Assembly: GCA_041492985.1 (NCBI GenBank)
Contig: JBGPXY010000002.1
Span: forward strand, 1-50,184
Source of the DNA: Candidatus Eiseniibacteriota bacterium
GTDB lineage: Bacteria; Eisenbacteria; RBG-16-71-46
Length of the DNA: 50,184 nucleotides
Direction of reading: 5' to 3'
The notes under the pieces were generated by a model, which was not told the DNA's origin, ran no database searches, and was given only the letters and a program-made list of their open reading frames with translations. Position 1 is the first letter of the stretch; each line of letters starts with the position of its first letter. Of the stretch, positions 17,338 through 26,762 are shown in pieces. Position numbers and translations under genes: made by a program.

Positions 17338-19731
17338 ATGGCCGAGAAGAGACCGAAGCCGCGGAAGACGCCGCCCGCACGACCGCCGCTCACGCTGTCC
17401 ACCGCGTGGGCGGCCGCACTGTTGGGCCTGCTGGTGGTGCTGTTCTTCCACGAGCTGGTGGTGGGTGGGAAGACCTTCGTGTCCCCTGATGCCCTCGCCC
17501 CGGTGGGCTTCGTGCGCATCGGCGAGCAGTCGCTCTACGGGCAGCACATCTACCCGTTGTGGAATCCGTTCGTATTCCTCGGCATGCCGTCGTTCGCGAG
17601 CGGCGCGTACAACCCGCTCATCTATCCGCCCGACTGGCCGCTGGCGCTGCTGCAGAAGGTGCTGCCGCTCCCGGACATGACCTGGATGCTCCTCTACTAC
17701 TTCCTCGCCGGCCTGTTCACCTTCCTGCTGGCGCGCGAGTGGGGTGCCACCTCCGAGGGTGCGCTGCTGGGTGCCGCGGCATTCGTGTTCGCTCCCAATC
17801 TGGTCGCGGTGGGCTCGCACGGGCACGGCAGCCAGCTGGTGGACTCCGCCTACCTGCCGCTCATGCTCTGGCTCACGGCGCGCTGGTTGCGGGCCGGAGG
17901 ACTCGCCGAGCTCGGCTGGCTGGCGATCGCGGGTGGATTCCAGATGCTGCGCGGTCACGCGCAGATCGCCTTCTACACGTGGCTCGCCATCGGTCTCTAC
18001 CTGGTGGTGGACGTGGTCGCCTCGCTCGTGCGCCCATCGTCGTCCTCGGCGTCGCTGCCGGCTAAGCTGGGCCGCGCGATCGGCGTGGGCGCGGCGATGG
18101 CCCTCGCCTTCGGCATCGCCGGCGTCTACAACCTGCCGCTGCGCGACTACGCGCAATGGTCCATCCGCGGCGGGGGCGGCGATGGGGGGGTGGGCCTCCA
18201 GTACGCCACGCAGTGGTCGATGGCGCCCTGGGAGATGCTCACCGTGGTGGTGCCCTGGGCGGTGGGCTTCGGCGACCAGACCTACTGGGGCGGGATGCCG
18301 TTCACGAACTATCCCAACGCGTTCATGGGCGTCGTGGTCGTCGTGCTGGCGCTGCCGGGGCTGCTGGTGGGCGGCGCGCCGCGCGTCTTCGCGGCACTCC
18401 TGGCGCTGGTCTCGCTCGCCATCTCCTTCGGGAGCCATCTTCCGCTCTACGGGTTCCTCTACCAGCATCTGCCGCTCTTCAACAAGTTCCGCGTGCCGGT
18501 GATGATCATCCTCCTGTTCCAGCTGGCGCTGGCGCTCGGCGCCGCCTGGGGCTGGAGCGCCGTGGCCACGGAGCGGGCGTCCGGGACGCGGAACACGCTG
18601 ATCGGCCGCGTGCTGCTCGGGGCCGCGGTGGCGCTCGGTCTGGTGCTGGTGGTCGGCGTGGCGGGGCAGGAGGCGTGGCGCGACGGCTACGTGCGCTCCG
18701 CGATGGCGCATCGCGAGGCCTTCCCGCGCGAGGCGGCGCTCTACGCGTACACCCGGTACGTCGCCGATCTTGGTCGAGCCTGTTTCCTGGGTCTCGCCGC
18801 ACTGGGGCTCGTGTGGCTGGCGCGCGCCGGGCGGCTCCCGGCCCCGCTCGCCTCGGTCGGCCTGTTGGCGGTGATGCTCATCGAGCTGTGGCCGGTGAGC
18901 GGCTCGGTGATGAAGCCCGTGATCGGCGAGACGCAGGCGGCGAGCGCGGACAACGGCCGCGACGACGTGGTCGAGTTCCTGGAGAAGGCGGGCCCGGTCG
19001 GCAGCTTCCGGATCCTGCCGTTCGAAGAATTCTCCAGCAATCGCTTCGCGGGATTCGCCATCGCCTCGGTGGGTGGCGCTCACGCCGCGAAGACGCGCCT
19101 GATCCAGGACCTGATCGAGGCGGACGGGCCCAACAATCCGAATTGGCTGTGGCTGCTCAACGTGCGATTCATCGTCGCACATCGCGATTCGATCCCCGGC
19201 ATGACCGTCGTCCACCGGGGCAGCGGCACCGTGTTCGAGATGCCGCAGTGGCAGCCGCGCGCGACGGTGATCGGCGAGTACCGGGTCGCGAGCCCCGCGC
19301 GCGCCATCCTCGACTCGATCTCCCTCGGGCGCGCCGACCCCTCGCGCGTCACCTGGCTCGAACGCGATCCGGGTCTCGCGCTGGGATCCGTCGCCGGGGC
19401 GCGCGCCACGATCACGTCGTACACGCTCAACGGCGTCACGGTCGAGGTGCAGACCCCCGGGGCGGCGCTGCTGCGCCTCGCCGACCTCTGGTACCCGGAC
19501 TGGGAGGCCACCGTGGACGGGCGACCGGCCGAGATCCTCAAGGCCGACTACCTGCTGCGCGCGGTCGCGGTGCCCGCGGGGACGCACCGCGTCGAGTTCC
19601 ATTTCCGTCCGCGCGCCATGCGCCAGGGGCTCCTGCTCTCGTGCGGGAGTCTGCTGCTGGCGCTGGGCCTGTTGGGCGCGGGACTGCTGCGCCGCCCGCC
19701 GGCGACACAGCCGGCGTCCGGAGCGGCATGA
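17338..19731 (+). CDS. YfhO-family GT-C membrane glycosyltransferase
   Basis: N-terminal motif YPLWNPFVFLGMPSFAS with many TM helices. The C-terminal motif is WYPDWEATVDGRPAEILKADYLLRAVAVPAGTHRVEFHFRP followed by a terminal TM helix, as in YfhO proteins. The ATG at 17338 is internal to the listed ORF (17215). Confidence 0.75.
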   Translation: MAEKRPKPRKTPPARPPLTLSTAWAAALLGLLVVLFFHELVVGGKTFVSPDALAPVGFVRIGEQSLYGQHIYPLWNPFVFLGMPSFASGAYNPLIYPPDWPLALLQKVLPLPDMTWMLLYYFLAGLFTFLLAREWGATSEGALLGAAAFVFAPNLVAVGSHGHGSQLVDSAYLPLMLWLTARWLRAGGLAELGWLAIAGGFQMLRGHAQIAFYTWLAIGLYLVVDVVASLVRPSSSSASLPAKLGRAIGVGAAMALAFGIAGVYNLPLRDYAQWSIRGGGGDGGVGLQYATQWSMAPWEMLTVVVPWAVGFGDQTYWGGMPFTNYPNAFMGVVVVVLALPGLLVGGAPRVFAALLALVSLAISFGSHLPLYGFLYQHLPLFNKFRVPVMIILLFQLALALGAAWGWSAVATERASGTRNTLIGRVLLGAAVALGLVLVVGVAGQEAWRDGYVRSAMAHREAFPREAALYAYTRYVADLGRACFLGLAALGLVWLARAGRLPAPLASVGLLAVMLIELWPVSGSVMKPVIGETQAASADNGRDDVVEFLEKAGPVGSFRILPFEEFSSNRFAGFAIASVGGAHAAKTRLIQDLIEADGPNNPNWLWLLNVRFIVAHRDSIPGMTVVHRGSGTVFEMPQWQPRATVIGEYRVASPARAILDSISLGRADPSRVTWLERDPGLALGSVAGARATITSYTLNGVTVEVQTPGAALLRLADLWYPDWEATVDGRPAEILKADYLLRAVAVPAGTHRVEFHFRPRAMRQGLLLSCGSLLLALGLLGAGLLRRPPATQPASGAA

Positions 19732-20447
19732 TGGAGAAGCTGATCATCATCCCGACCTACAACGAATGCGAGAACATCCCGTCGTTGCTGGACGCGCTGC
19801 TCGCCCTCCCGTACGGGCTCGAGGTGCTGGTGGTGGACGACGACTCTCCCGACGGCACCGCCCGCCTGGTCGAGGAGCGCATGGCCCGCGAACCGCGCGT
19901 CCACCTGCTCAAGCGCCCGGGCAAGATGGGGCTGGGCTCCGCCTACCGCGACGGGTTCCGCTACGCGCTCGAGCATGGCGCCGAGTACATCTTCGAGATG
20001 GACGCGGACTTCTCGCACGACCCCGCGGCGATCGGCGACTTCCTGGCGGCGGCCCGCGACGTGGACGTGGTGCTCGGCTCGCGCTACCTGAACGGCGTGC
20101 GGGTGGTGAACTGGCCCCTCAAGCGGCTGATCCTTTCCCGCTCCGCCAACGTGTACACTCGTCTCATCACCGGCCTGCCGGTGCACGATGCGACCGGCGG
20201 ATTCAAGTGCTTCCGGAGGCGGGCGCTCGAGGGCATCCGGCTCGACCAGGTCCGCTCCGACGGCTACGCGTTCCAGATCGAGGTGTCCTACAAGTGCTGG
20301 AAGCGCGGATTCAAGATCCGCGAGATCCCGATCGTGTTCGTGGACCGGCGGGCGGGGGTCTCGAAGATGAACCGCCGCATCATCTGGGAGGCCGCGGGCA
20401 TGGTGTGGCACCTGCGCCTGATGGATCTCCTGGGCCGATGGGATTGA
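19728..20447 (+). CDS. polyprenol-monophosphate mannose (or hexose) synthase, Ppm1/DPM1-like GT2, soluble form
   Basis: LIIIPTYNECENIPSLL, VLVVDDDSPDGT, GLGSAYRDGF and EMDADFSHDP motifs. No TM tail. ATGA overlap with the YfhO stop. Confidence 0.85.
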   Translation: MMEKLIIIPTYNECENIPSLLDALLALPYGLEVLVVDDDSPDGTARLVEERMAREPRVHLLKRPGKMGLGSAYRDGFRYALEHGAEYIFEMDADFSHDPAAIGDFLAAARDVDVVLGSRYLNGVRVVNWPLKRLILSRSANVYTRLITGLPVHDATGGFKCFRRRALEGIRLDQVRSDGYAFQIEVSYKCWKRGFKIREIPIVFVDRRAGVSKMNRRIIWEAAGMVWHLRLMDLLGRWD

Positions 20448-20451
20448 CGCC

Positions 20452-22731
20452 ATGAGCCCCCTCTCCAGCTCGTCCGCGCGCTCCCTTGGGCTCGCGCGTG
20501 GCCTGCTCGCGGTCGGTCTGATCGCGTCGCTGCCGGTCGCGGCGCTCGCCTCCGGCGCGTGGCAGACCCACCTCGACGCGCGGGACTTCACCGACCTCAT
20601 CGTCACCGACGACGTGGTGTGGTGCGCGACCGGCGAGGCCGGGCTGCTCCAGTTCGATCGCGTGACGCATCAGTTCAAGTCGATCACGCGCGAGCCCGGC
20701 ACCATCGCCAGCAACCACCTCACCAGCCTCGCCTTCGACCGCGTCGGTCGGTTGTGGGTCGGAACCCTCGAGTCGGGCGTGAGCCGGCTCACCGCCGACG
20801 GAGGCACGTGGGAGCTGGTCAACGCCTTCGATGGCCTGCCGGGGGACAGCGTCACCACCATCACCGTGGCCGGCGACACGCTCTGGATCGGCACCCGCGG
20901 CGGGATCGCGCTCTGGGACGGACGCGAGGTGCTGGGGTCGCTGCCGGACGGGAACACCGTGTCGTTCGACACCACCTTCGCGATCCCCGCGGTCACCGGC
21001 ATCGTCCAGTTGGGCGACACGCTGTGGCTCTCGACGCCGCGCGGCGCCGGCTTCGCGCGCACGTCCACCAACCTCAGCGACTGGCGACGGGCCAACGATG
21101 GACTGCCGAACCCGGCGATCGATCACATGGTGAGCAACGGCAGGGACCTGCTGGCGCAGGTGGCTGGCTCGGTCTATTTCTGGAAACCCGACAGCCTCAA
21201 GTGGTTCTTCGCGGCCTCCATCGGGACGGTGCACACCCTCAAGTCGGACTACGGCGAGGTGCAGGCCGCGAGCGATCTCGGGATCTTCCGCTGGACGGGC
21301 TTCGGCTTCATCCAGGTCGCGGGCGCCCCCGCGGCAGCACCAGGGGATGGCGACGACCCGGAGCCGGCGATCGACCCGACCGGCACGACGACCCACTACG
21401 CCGGCACGCGTTCCGGTCTCTGGGAGGAACAGCCATCCCCTCCCGGCGCGTGGACGCTCTTCACGCCGCCCGGGCCGCCCGGGAACGCATACAGCAACAT
21501 CGTCATCGATGGTGCCCGCGTCTACGCCGCCACCCGGAACGACGGCATCGGCCGGTGGGACGGCGCGAGCTGGTTCGCGTGGCTGCCGGGCTTCTGCGTC
21601 GGCGCCTGCCCGAACGATTTCAGGAACGCCAACGAGGTCTTCGCCATGCTGGCGGACCGGCAGGGGCAGAAGTGGGTCGCCTGCTGGCGGTTCGCCGTCG
21701 ACCGCTTCGACGACTCGACCCCGCCCGCGCTATTCACCCACTTCTGGACCACTGGCGGTGCCGACCTCCGACACACGCTCGCCTTCGGCGCCGCCGCCGA
21801 TTCGGACGGTGGCCGCTGGTTCGGCATGGACACGGACAACCTGGGCGTGGTGATCCCGCTCGGGCTCGACTATTACGACGCCAACGGGGACCCGGCGGGC
21901 ACCTGGGGCCCGGGCATCCCCGCGGGGAGCCTGGTGCGCGGCGGCAAGATCCGCGCGATCACCGTCGACAAAGCCCACCGCATCTGGGTGGGCTACGCGG
22001 GGGCTGCGAACAGCGGCGTCGACCACTTCTCCGGGTTGCCCGAGTTGCCGAACACCGACTTCAAGACCGTCGCCAACACCTCGAGCCTCGACATCTGGGG
22101 GCTGGTGGCGCACGGGGATTCCATCTGGGTGCTGACCGACCGCGACCTGCGCCGGATCAGTCGCACGGCCAGCCCGCCGCGCGTGGTGCAGACCCAGAAC
22201 ACTCCCGCCGGCCGGCCGCTCGGCATGCGGCTCATGGATGTCGCCCCGAACGGCGATGTGTTCGTGGGGAGCGAGGAGGGGGTGCGCTGGTACAAGAGCA
22301 ACGGAACCACGCAGGATTTCACCACCACCAACTCGCCGCTCGCGGCCAACGACGTGCGGGCGATCGCCGTCGACCGCGCCAGCGGCGCGGTGTGGTTCGG
22401 CACCGGCGAGGGACTCAATCGCTTCGACCCCGCCTACCAGCCGCCGAGTCTGCCCCCCGGTGTCAAGGATTCGCTGCGCGTCTACCCCAATCCCGGGACC
22501 GTCACCGGCCTCGGTATCCAGCTGCGACTGCTGGGCGCTTCCACCGCGTACTCCGGCGGCATCTACGACCTGCGCGGCCGCCTGCTGCACCGTTTCTCGA
22601 CCTCCGCCGCCGGGCAGATCTTCTGGGACGCGCGCGACGATCATGGCGTGCCGGTGAAGCCGGGCGTCTACTTCGTGCGCGCCGAGGGCGGCGGTCGCCA
22701 GGCGCGCGCGCGCTTCGTGCTGCTCCACTGA
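20452..22731 (+). CDS. secreted beta-propeller repeat protein (two-component-regulator-propeller-like repeats) with T9SS-type / FlgD-Ig-like C-terminal domain
   Basis: Signal peptide LLAVGLIASLPVAALASG. Repeated units are of the type D.VW.GT..GL..F and G..WVGT..G. The C-terminus reads LRVYPNPGTVTGLGIQLRLL...GGIYDLRGRLLHRF...WDARDDHGVPVKPGVYFVRAEGGGRQARARFVLLH. Confidence 0.75.
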   Translation: MSPLSSSSARSLGLARGLLAVGLIASLPVAALASGAWQTHLDARDFTDLIVTDDVVWCATGEAGLLQFDRVTHQFKSITREPGTIASNHLTSLAFDRVGRLWVGTLESGVSRLTADGGTWELVNAFDGLPGDSVTTITVAGDTLWIGTRGGIALWDGREVLGSLPDGNTVSFDTTFAIPAVTGIVQLGDTLWLSTPRGAGFARTSTNLSDWRRANDGLPNPAIDHMVSNGRDLLAQVAGSVYFWKPDSLKWFFAASIGTVHTLKSDYGEVQAASDLGIFRWTGFGFIQVAGAPAAAPGDGDDPEPAIDPTGTTTHYAGTRSGLWEEQPSPPGAWTLFTPPGPPGNAYSNIVIDGARVYAATRNDGIGRWDGASWFAWLPGFCVGACPNDFRNANEVFAMLADRQGQKWVACWRFAVDRFDDSTPPALFTHFWTTGGADLRHTLAFGAAADSDGGRWFGMDTDNLGVVIPLGLDYYDANGDPAGTWGPGIPAGSLVRGGKIRAITVDKAHRIWVGYAGAANSGVDHFSGLPELPNTDFKTVANTSSLDIWGLVAHGDSIWVLTDRDLRRISRTASPPRVVQTQNTPAGRPLGMRLMDVAPNGDVFVGSEEGVRWYKSNGTTQDFTTTNSPLAANDVRAIAVDRASGAVWFGTGEGLNRFDPAYQPPSLPPGVKDSLRVYPNPGTVTGLGIQLRLLGASTAYSGGIYDLRGRLLHRFSTSAAGQIFWDARDDHGVPVKPGVYFVRAEGGGRQARARFVLLH

Positions 22732-22758
22732 CGCGGGTGGGCGCCGGGGTCGCAGCGG

Positions 22759-22796
22759 CACGGCGCGCGGTGACCCCACGGGCCGCGCGCGCCGTG
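22759..22796 (+). other. GC-rich stem-loop in the 82-nt spacer inside the glycan operon
   Basis: CACGGCGCGCGG (22759-22770) pairs with CCGCGCGCGCCGTG (22783-22796) with a 2-nt bulge and a 12-nt loop. There is no U-tract. The RBS AGGAGGGGG of the next gene follows directly. Confidence 0.3.
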
Positions 22797-22813
22797 TCGG
22801 AGGAGGGGGCCGC

Positions 22814-23890
22814 GTGAGGATCGCCACGCTCGCCAACGCCGCGGTCGGCCATACCCGGCGTTGGGTCGAGCACTTCCGCGGGCGCGGTCACGAGGTGCGG
22901 GTGTGGTCGCTCGAGCGCGGGCCGGCCGAGCTGGGCGCCGAGCCGCTGCCGTCGGCGCCCCTGCCCGGCGCGCTGCGCTATCCGCTCGCGGCCCCTGCCC
23001 TGGCCGGCGCGCTGGCGCGTTTCGACCCCCATCTGGTCGACGCCCACTTCGTGCCCAACTATGGACTGCTCGGCGCGCTGAGCGGCCGGCACCCGCTGTC
23101 GGTCACCGCGTGGGGATCCGATCTGCTGCTCGCCGGCCGGAGCGGGACGTTGCAACGCGCGCGCGCCCGCTTCGTGCTCGGGCGCGCCGACCTGGTGCTC
23201 GCCGACGCGGCGAATCTGGGCGCCGCCGCGCGCGAGCTCGGTGCCCCGGAAGCCCTCGTGCACGTCATCCCATGGGGGGTGGATCTGTCCCGCTTCCGCC
23301 TCGACGATGCGCGCGAACCGGGCCTCCTGCTCAGCACCCGGATGCACGAGCCGGTCTACGATCTGGAGACGCTGATCGTGGGCTTGGGCCCGGTCATGGC
23401 GCGCCGCGCGCACCTGCACCTGGTGATCGCCGGGGACGGCAGCCGGCGCGGCGCGCTCGAGCGCCTCGCGGCGCGCGTGCTGCCCGCCGGGCGCCATCGG
23501 TTCGTGGGCCTGCTCGAACCGCCGGCGCTGGCGGCCTGGCTGGCGCGTGCCGAGATCTATCTCTCGACCTCTCGTTCCGACTCGACATCGCTCTCGCTGC
23601 TCGAGGCGATGGCGGGCGGCGCGCTCCCGGTGGTGAGCGGCATCGAAGGCAATCGCGAGTGGGTGGACGAGGGTGACGGCGCCCGGCTGTTCGCTCCGGG
23701 CGAGCCCGTCGCGCTCGCGCAGGCCCTCGAGCGCGCGCTCGACGATCCCGCGTGGGCCGAGCGCGCCCGGGCGCGCAACCGGCGGGTGGTCGAGGAGCGG
23801 GGCGACGCGGCGCGCAACATGGCTCGCATCGAGTCGCTGTTCACCGGCCTGGTCGCGGCGTCGGGCGCCGCCGACGCCGGGAGGCGGTGA
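22814..23890 (+). CDS. GT4-family glycosyltransferase
   Basis: GTG start 5 nt after AGGAGGGGG. MRIATLANAAVGHTRRWVEHFRGRGHEV, and the C-terminal region YLSTSRSDSTSLSLLEAMAGGALPVVSGIEGNREWVDEGDGARLFAP (EX7E region). Confidence 0.85.
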   Translation: MRIATLANAAVGHTRRWVEHFRGRGHEVRVWSLERGPAELGAEPLPSAPLPGALRYPLAAPALAGALARFDPHLVDAHFVPNYGLLGALSGRHPLSVTAWGSDLLLAGRSGTLQRARARFVLGRADLVLADAANLGAAARELGAPEALVHVIPWGVDLSRFRLDDAREPGLLLSTRMHEPVYDLETLIVGLGPVMARRAHLHLVIAGDGSRRGALERLAARVLPAGRHRFVGLLEPPALAAWLARAEIYLSTSRSDSTSLSLLEAMAGGALPVVSGIEGNREWVDEGDGARLFAPGEPVALAQALERALDDPAWAERARARNRRVVEERGDAARNMARIESLFTGLVAASGAADAGRR

Positions 23891-25215
23891 GCGTGCGCCG
23901 CCTGCTGATCGTGTGCTACTTCTACCCGCCACTCGCCGGCGGCGGTGTCCACCGCGTGCTCGGCTTCACCCGCCACCTGCCGGCGCACGGCTGGGCCTGC
24001 ACCGTGGTGTGCGCGGGGGAGAAGGACTACTGGGTGAGGGACGCCTCGCTGGTGGCCCAGGTACCCCCCGCGACCGAAGTGATCCGGGTGAGCGGTGGGA
24101 GCGCGCTCGCGACGCTGCTGCGCCTCGGACGCGGCGGTGAGGGTGGTCGGCGATCGGGTCGCGCGTTCTCGGGGCTGCGTTCGCTAAGCGACTGGTGGCT
24201 GCTGCCCGACTCGTACGTCGGGTGGTCGCATCAGGCCGCGACGGCCGCGTCACGACGCATCCGGCGCGGCGGCGTGGATGCGATCCTCACCAGCTCGCCG
24301 CCCGACAGCGCGCACCTGGCGGGGGTGACGCTGCGCCGTCGCTTCGCGATACCCTGGGTGGCGGACTTTCGGGATCCCTGGATCGGGCTTCACTTCCGCA
24401 CGCCTCCGACCGCGTGGCACCGCGCCCGTCAGGCGGCGATGGAGGGGCGCGTACTGAGGAATGCGGACCTGGTGCTGACCGCGTCGCGCACCCACTTCGA
24501 CGAGCTCTGGGACGGGGCGGGGCCGAGGCCGGGCGAGTACTTCGGCCGCGGGCCCGGGCGTCTGGATCACCTGCCGAACGGCTTTGAGCCCGAGGCCGAG
24601 GGAGCGGTCGAGCCTGCCGTCGACGCCGATCACTTCACCCTCGTGTTCTCCGGGACGCTGTCGCAGATGCCCGAGACCGAGGTGTTCCTCGAAGCGCTGC
24701 ACGAGTTCCTTGCGCGCCGGCCGGAGGCGCGCCGCCGGCTGCGCGCGAAGCTCGCTGGACCGTTCGAATCCGGCTACGCCGATCGTGCGGTCGCACTCGG
24801 CCTCACCGGCATCGTCGAATTCACCGGCCCGCTCCCGCACGCCGAGGCGCGGGCGCTCCAGCGTCGCGCGGAACTCCTGCTGCTGTGGAAGCCGCGCGGC
24901 GCGGGCTATCGCACCATGGTGCCGGGCAAGCTCTACGAGTATCTCGACAGCGGCCGGCCGGTGCTGGCGTTGCTCGACCCCGCGGACGAGGCGGCCGAAC
25001 TGGTACGTCGCGCCGGCGGCGAGGTGGTTGCGCCGGGGCAGCGCGCGGCGCTCGCGTCCGCGATCGAGCGACGCTACCTGGCGTGGAAGGACGGGGCGCG
25101 AGAGCCGTCGCGGCGGCCCGGGTGGCTGGGCCAGTACACGCGCGCGCGGCTCGCGCGCAAGCTGGCCGGGCGGCTCAACTACCTGCTCAAGGCGCGCGTG
25201 GAGCCGCGGCGATGA
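23887..25215 (+). CDS. GT4-family glycosyltransferase
   Basis: RRLLIVCYFYPPLAGGGVHRVLGFTRHLPAHGW is a typical GT4 N-terminus. The C-terminal region PGKLYEYLDSGRPVLAL follows. GTGA overlap start; GTG 23893 is an alternative. Confidence 0.8.
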   Translation: MSVRRLLIVCYFYPPLAGGGVHRVLGFTRHLPAHGWACTVVCAGEKDYWVRDASLVAQVPPATEVIRVSGGSALATLLRLGRGGEGGRRSGRAFSGLRSLSDWWLLPDSYVGWSHQAATAASRRIRRGGVDAILTSSPPDSAHLAGVTLRRRFAIPWVADFRDPWIGLHFRTPPTAWHRARQAAMEGRVLRNADLVLTASRTHFDELWDGAGPRPGEYFGRGPGRLDHLPNGFEPEAEGAVEPAVDADHFTLVFSGTLSQMPETEVFLEALHEFLARRPEARRRLRAKLAGPFESGYADRAVALGLTGIVEFTGPLPHAEARALQRRAELLLLWKPRGAGYRTMVPGKLYEYLDSGRPVLALLDPADEAAELVRRAGGEVVAPGQRAALASAIERRYLAWKDGAREPSRRPGWLGQYTRARLARKLAGRLNYLLKARVEPRR

Positions 25216-26762
25216 CGCGCACCGCCAGCGGACCGATCACGTGGCCCGAGCGCTGGGCGCTCGCCGGCGGTTTGTTGCTCGGCGCGGTGCTCATGTGGCC
25301 GCTGCGCGGCTACGTGACGGACGACACGTTCATCCATCTCCAGTACGCGCGCCACGTGGCCGACGGACAGGGGCTGGTGTTCAACGTCGGCGAGCGCGTC
25401 TATGGATGCACGAGCCCGCTGTGGGTCGCGTTGCTCGCCGACGCGATGGCGCTCGGCTTCGACGGGCTCCAGGCGGCGCGGGCGATCGGCGTGGCGGCCA
25501 CCCTCGCCTCGATCGTGCTCGTCCTGCAGCTGATGCGCCGCACCGTGCGCACGCCGTCGCTGCGCGCGGCCGCCACGCTGGCGTGGGCGAGCAACGCCTG
25601 GATGGCGCGCTGGTCGACCTCGGGCATGGAGACGCCGCTGGCAGTCGCGCTGGTGCTCGCCGGGTTCGTGGCATTCACCGAGGGCCAGCGCTGGGGCGCG
25701 CGGCCGGTGCGCACCGGCGCGCTGTGGGCGCTCGCCGCACTCACGCGCCCCGAAGCGGCGTTCCTGCTGCTCCTGTGGGGGGTCTTCCTGTTGATCGAGG
25801 CCGACAGTCGCGACGGACTGCGTCGGCTGGTGTTCGGCGCGCTGGCCCCGGTGTGCGTCTACGGCGGTTGGCTGATGTTCGCGCGTCTCTACTACGGCAC
25901 GTTTTGGCCGCAGACGCTGGCGGCCAAGACCGCGGGTGGGGCGGGGCTCGCCTATCACGCGGAGAACCTGTGGCGCCAGGCCCGCATCGTCGGCGCCACC
26001 GATGGCCTGCTGGTGCTCGTGCTGGTGCTGGCGCTGATCTTCGGTGGCCGACGGCTGTGGCCGGGCGGGATCCCGGCGCAGCGCCTGGTGCCGTGGGTGT
26101 GGGTGCTGGCGCTGCCTGCGCTCTACGCCGCGCGCGGCGTGCCGGTGATCTCGCGCTACCTGCTACCGCTGCTGCCGATCCTCGCCTGGCTCGCCTGGCG
26201 CGCCGCCGAACGGTGGTGGGTCGGCGACGCTCCCGCGCCCGGTCGGCTGCGCATGGCGGCGGTGCTCGCGGCGACGCTGGCGGCGCTCGTCATCACACAG
26301 AACGTGATCGTCTACCGCACGCAGGTGCTCCCGCACGTGCGCTCGTTCTCCCCGGCGCTCGAACGGAGCCTCGTCACCTGGGGGCGCTGGTTCGCCCGTC
26401 ACAGCGCGCCGGACGCGGTGATCGCCACACCCGACATCGGCGCGATCGGCTACTTCAGCGGGCGCCGGGTGGTGGATCTCGTCGGCCTGGTCACGCCGCA
26501 GATGATCCCCCTGCTGGCGCGCGAGACCCCGGAGGCAGCGGTGGCGGGATTCTCGTTCGCCGCCTTCTCGCGGCCCGAGTACCTCGTGGATCGGGCGTCC
26601 GAACCGTATGCGCTGCTCACGCACAGCCGTTATGCGGCGTGCCTCACGCCGCTGGGCGAGGCGCGCGTGCCCAACCTGGGTCTCGCCCGGCCCGAGTCCG
26701 TGGCCTATTCCTTCTATCGCGTGGACTGGGCGGTGTTCGACTCGCTGCGCGCGTCGCGCTGA
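25212..26762 (+). CDS. polytopic membrane protein, probable GT-C glycosyltransferase (DDxFI-type, arabinofuranosyl/mannosyl-transferase-like)
   Basis: N-terminal motif YVTDDTFIHLQYARHVADGQGLVFNVGERVYGCTSPLWVALLA is followed by ~10 TM helices and a C-terminal soluble domain. ATGA overlap start. Confidence 0.55.
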   Translation: MTRTASGPITWPERWALAGGLLLGAVLMWPLRGYVTDDTFIHLQYARHVADGQGLVFNVGERVYGCTSPLWVALLADAMALGFDGLQAARAIGVAATLASIVLVLQLMRRTVRTPSLRAAATLAWASNAWMARWSTSGMETPLAVALVLAGFVAFTEGQRWGARPVRTGALWALAALTRPEAAFLLLLWGVFLLIEADSRDGLRRLVFGALAPVCVYGGWLMFARLYYGTFWPQTLAAKTAGGAGLAYHAENLWRQARIVGATDGLLVLVLVLALIFGGRRLWPGGIPAQRLVPWVWVLALPALYAARGVPVISRYLLPLLPILAWLAWRAAERWWVGDAPAPGRLRMAAVLAATLAALVITQNVIVYRTQVLPHVRSFSPALERSLVTWGRWFARHSAPDAVIATPDIGAIGYFSGRRVVDLVGLVTPQMIPLLARETPEAAVAGFSFAAFSRPEYLVDRASEPYALLTHSRYAACLTPLGEARVPNLGLARPESVAYSFYRVDWAVFDSLRASR

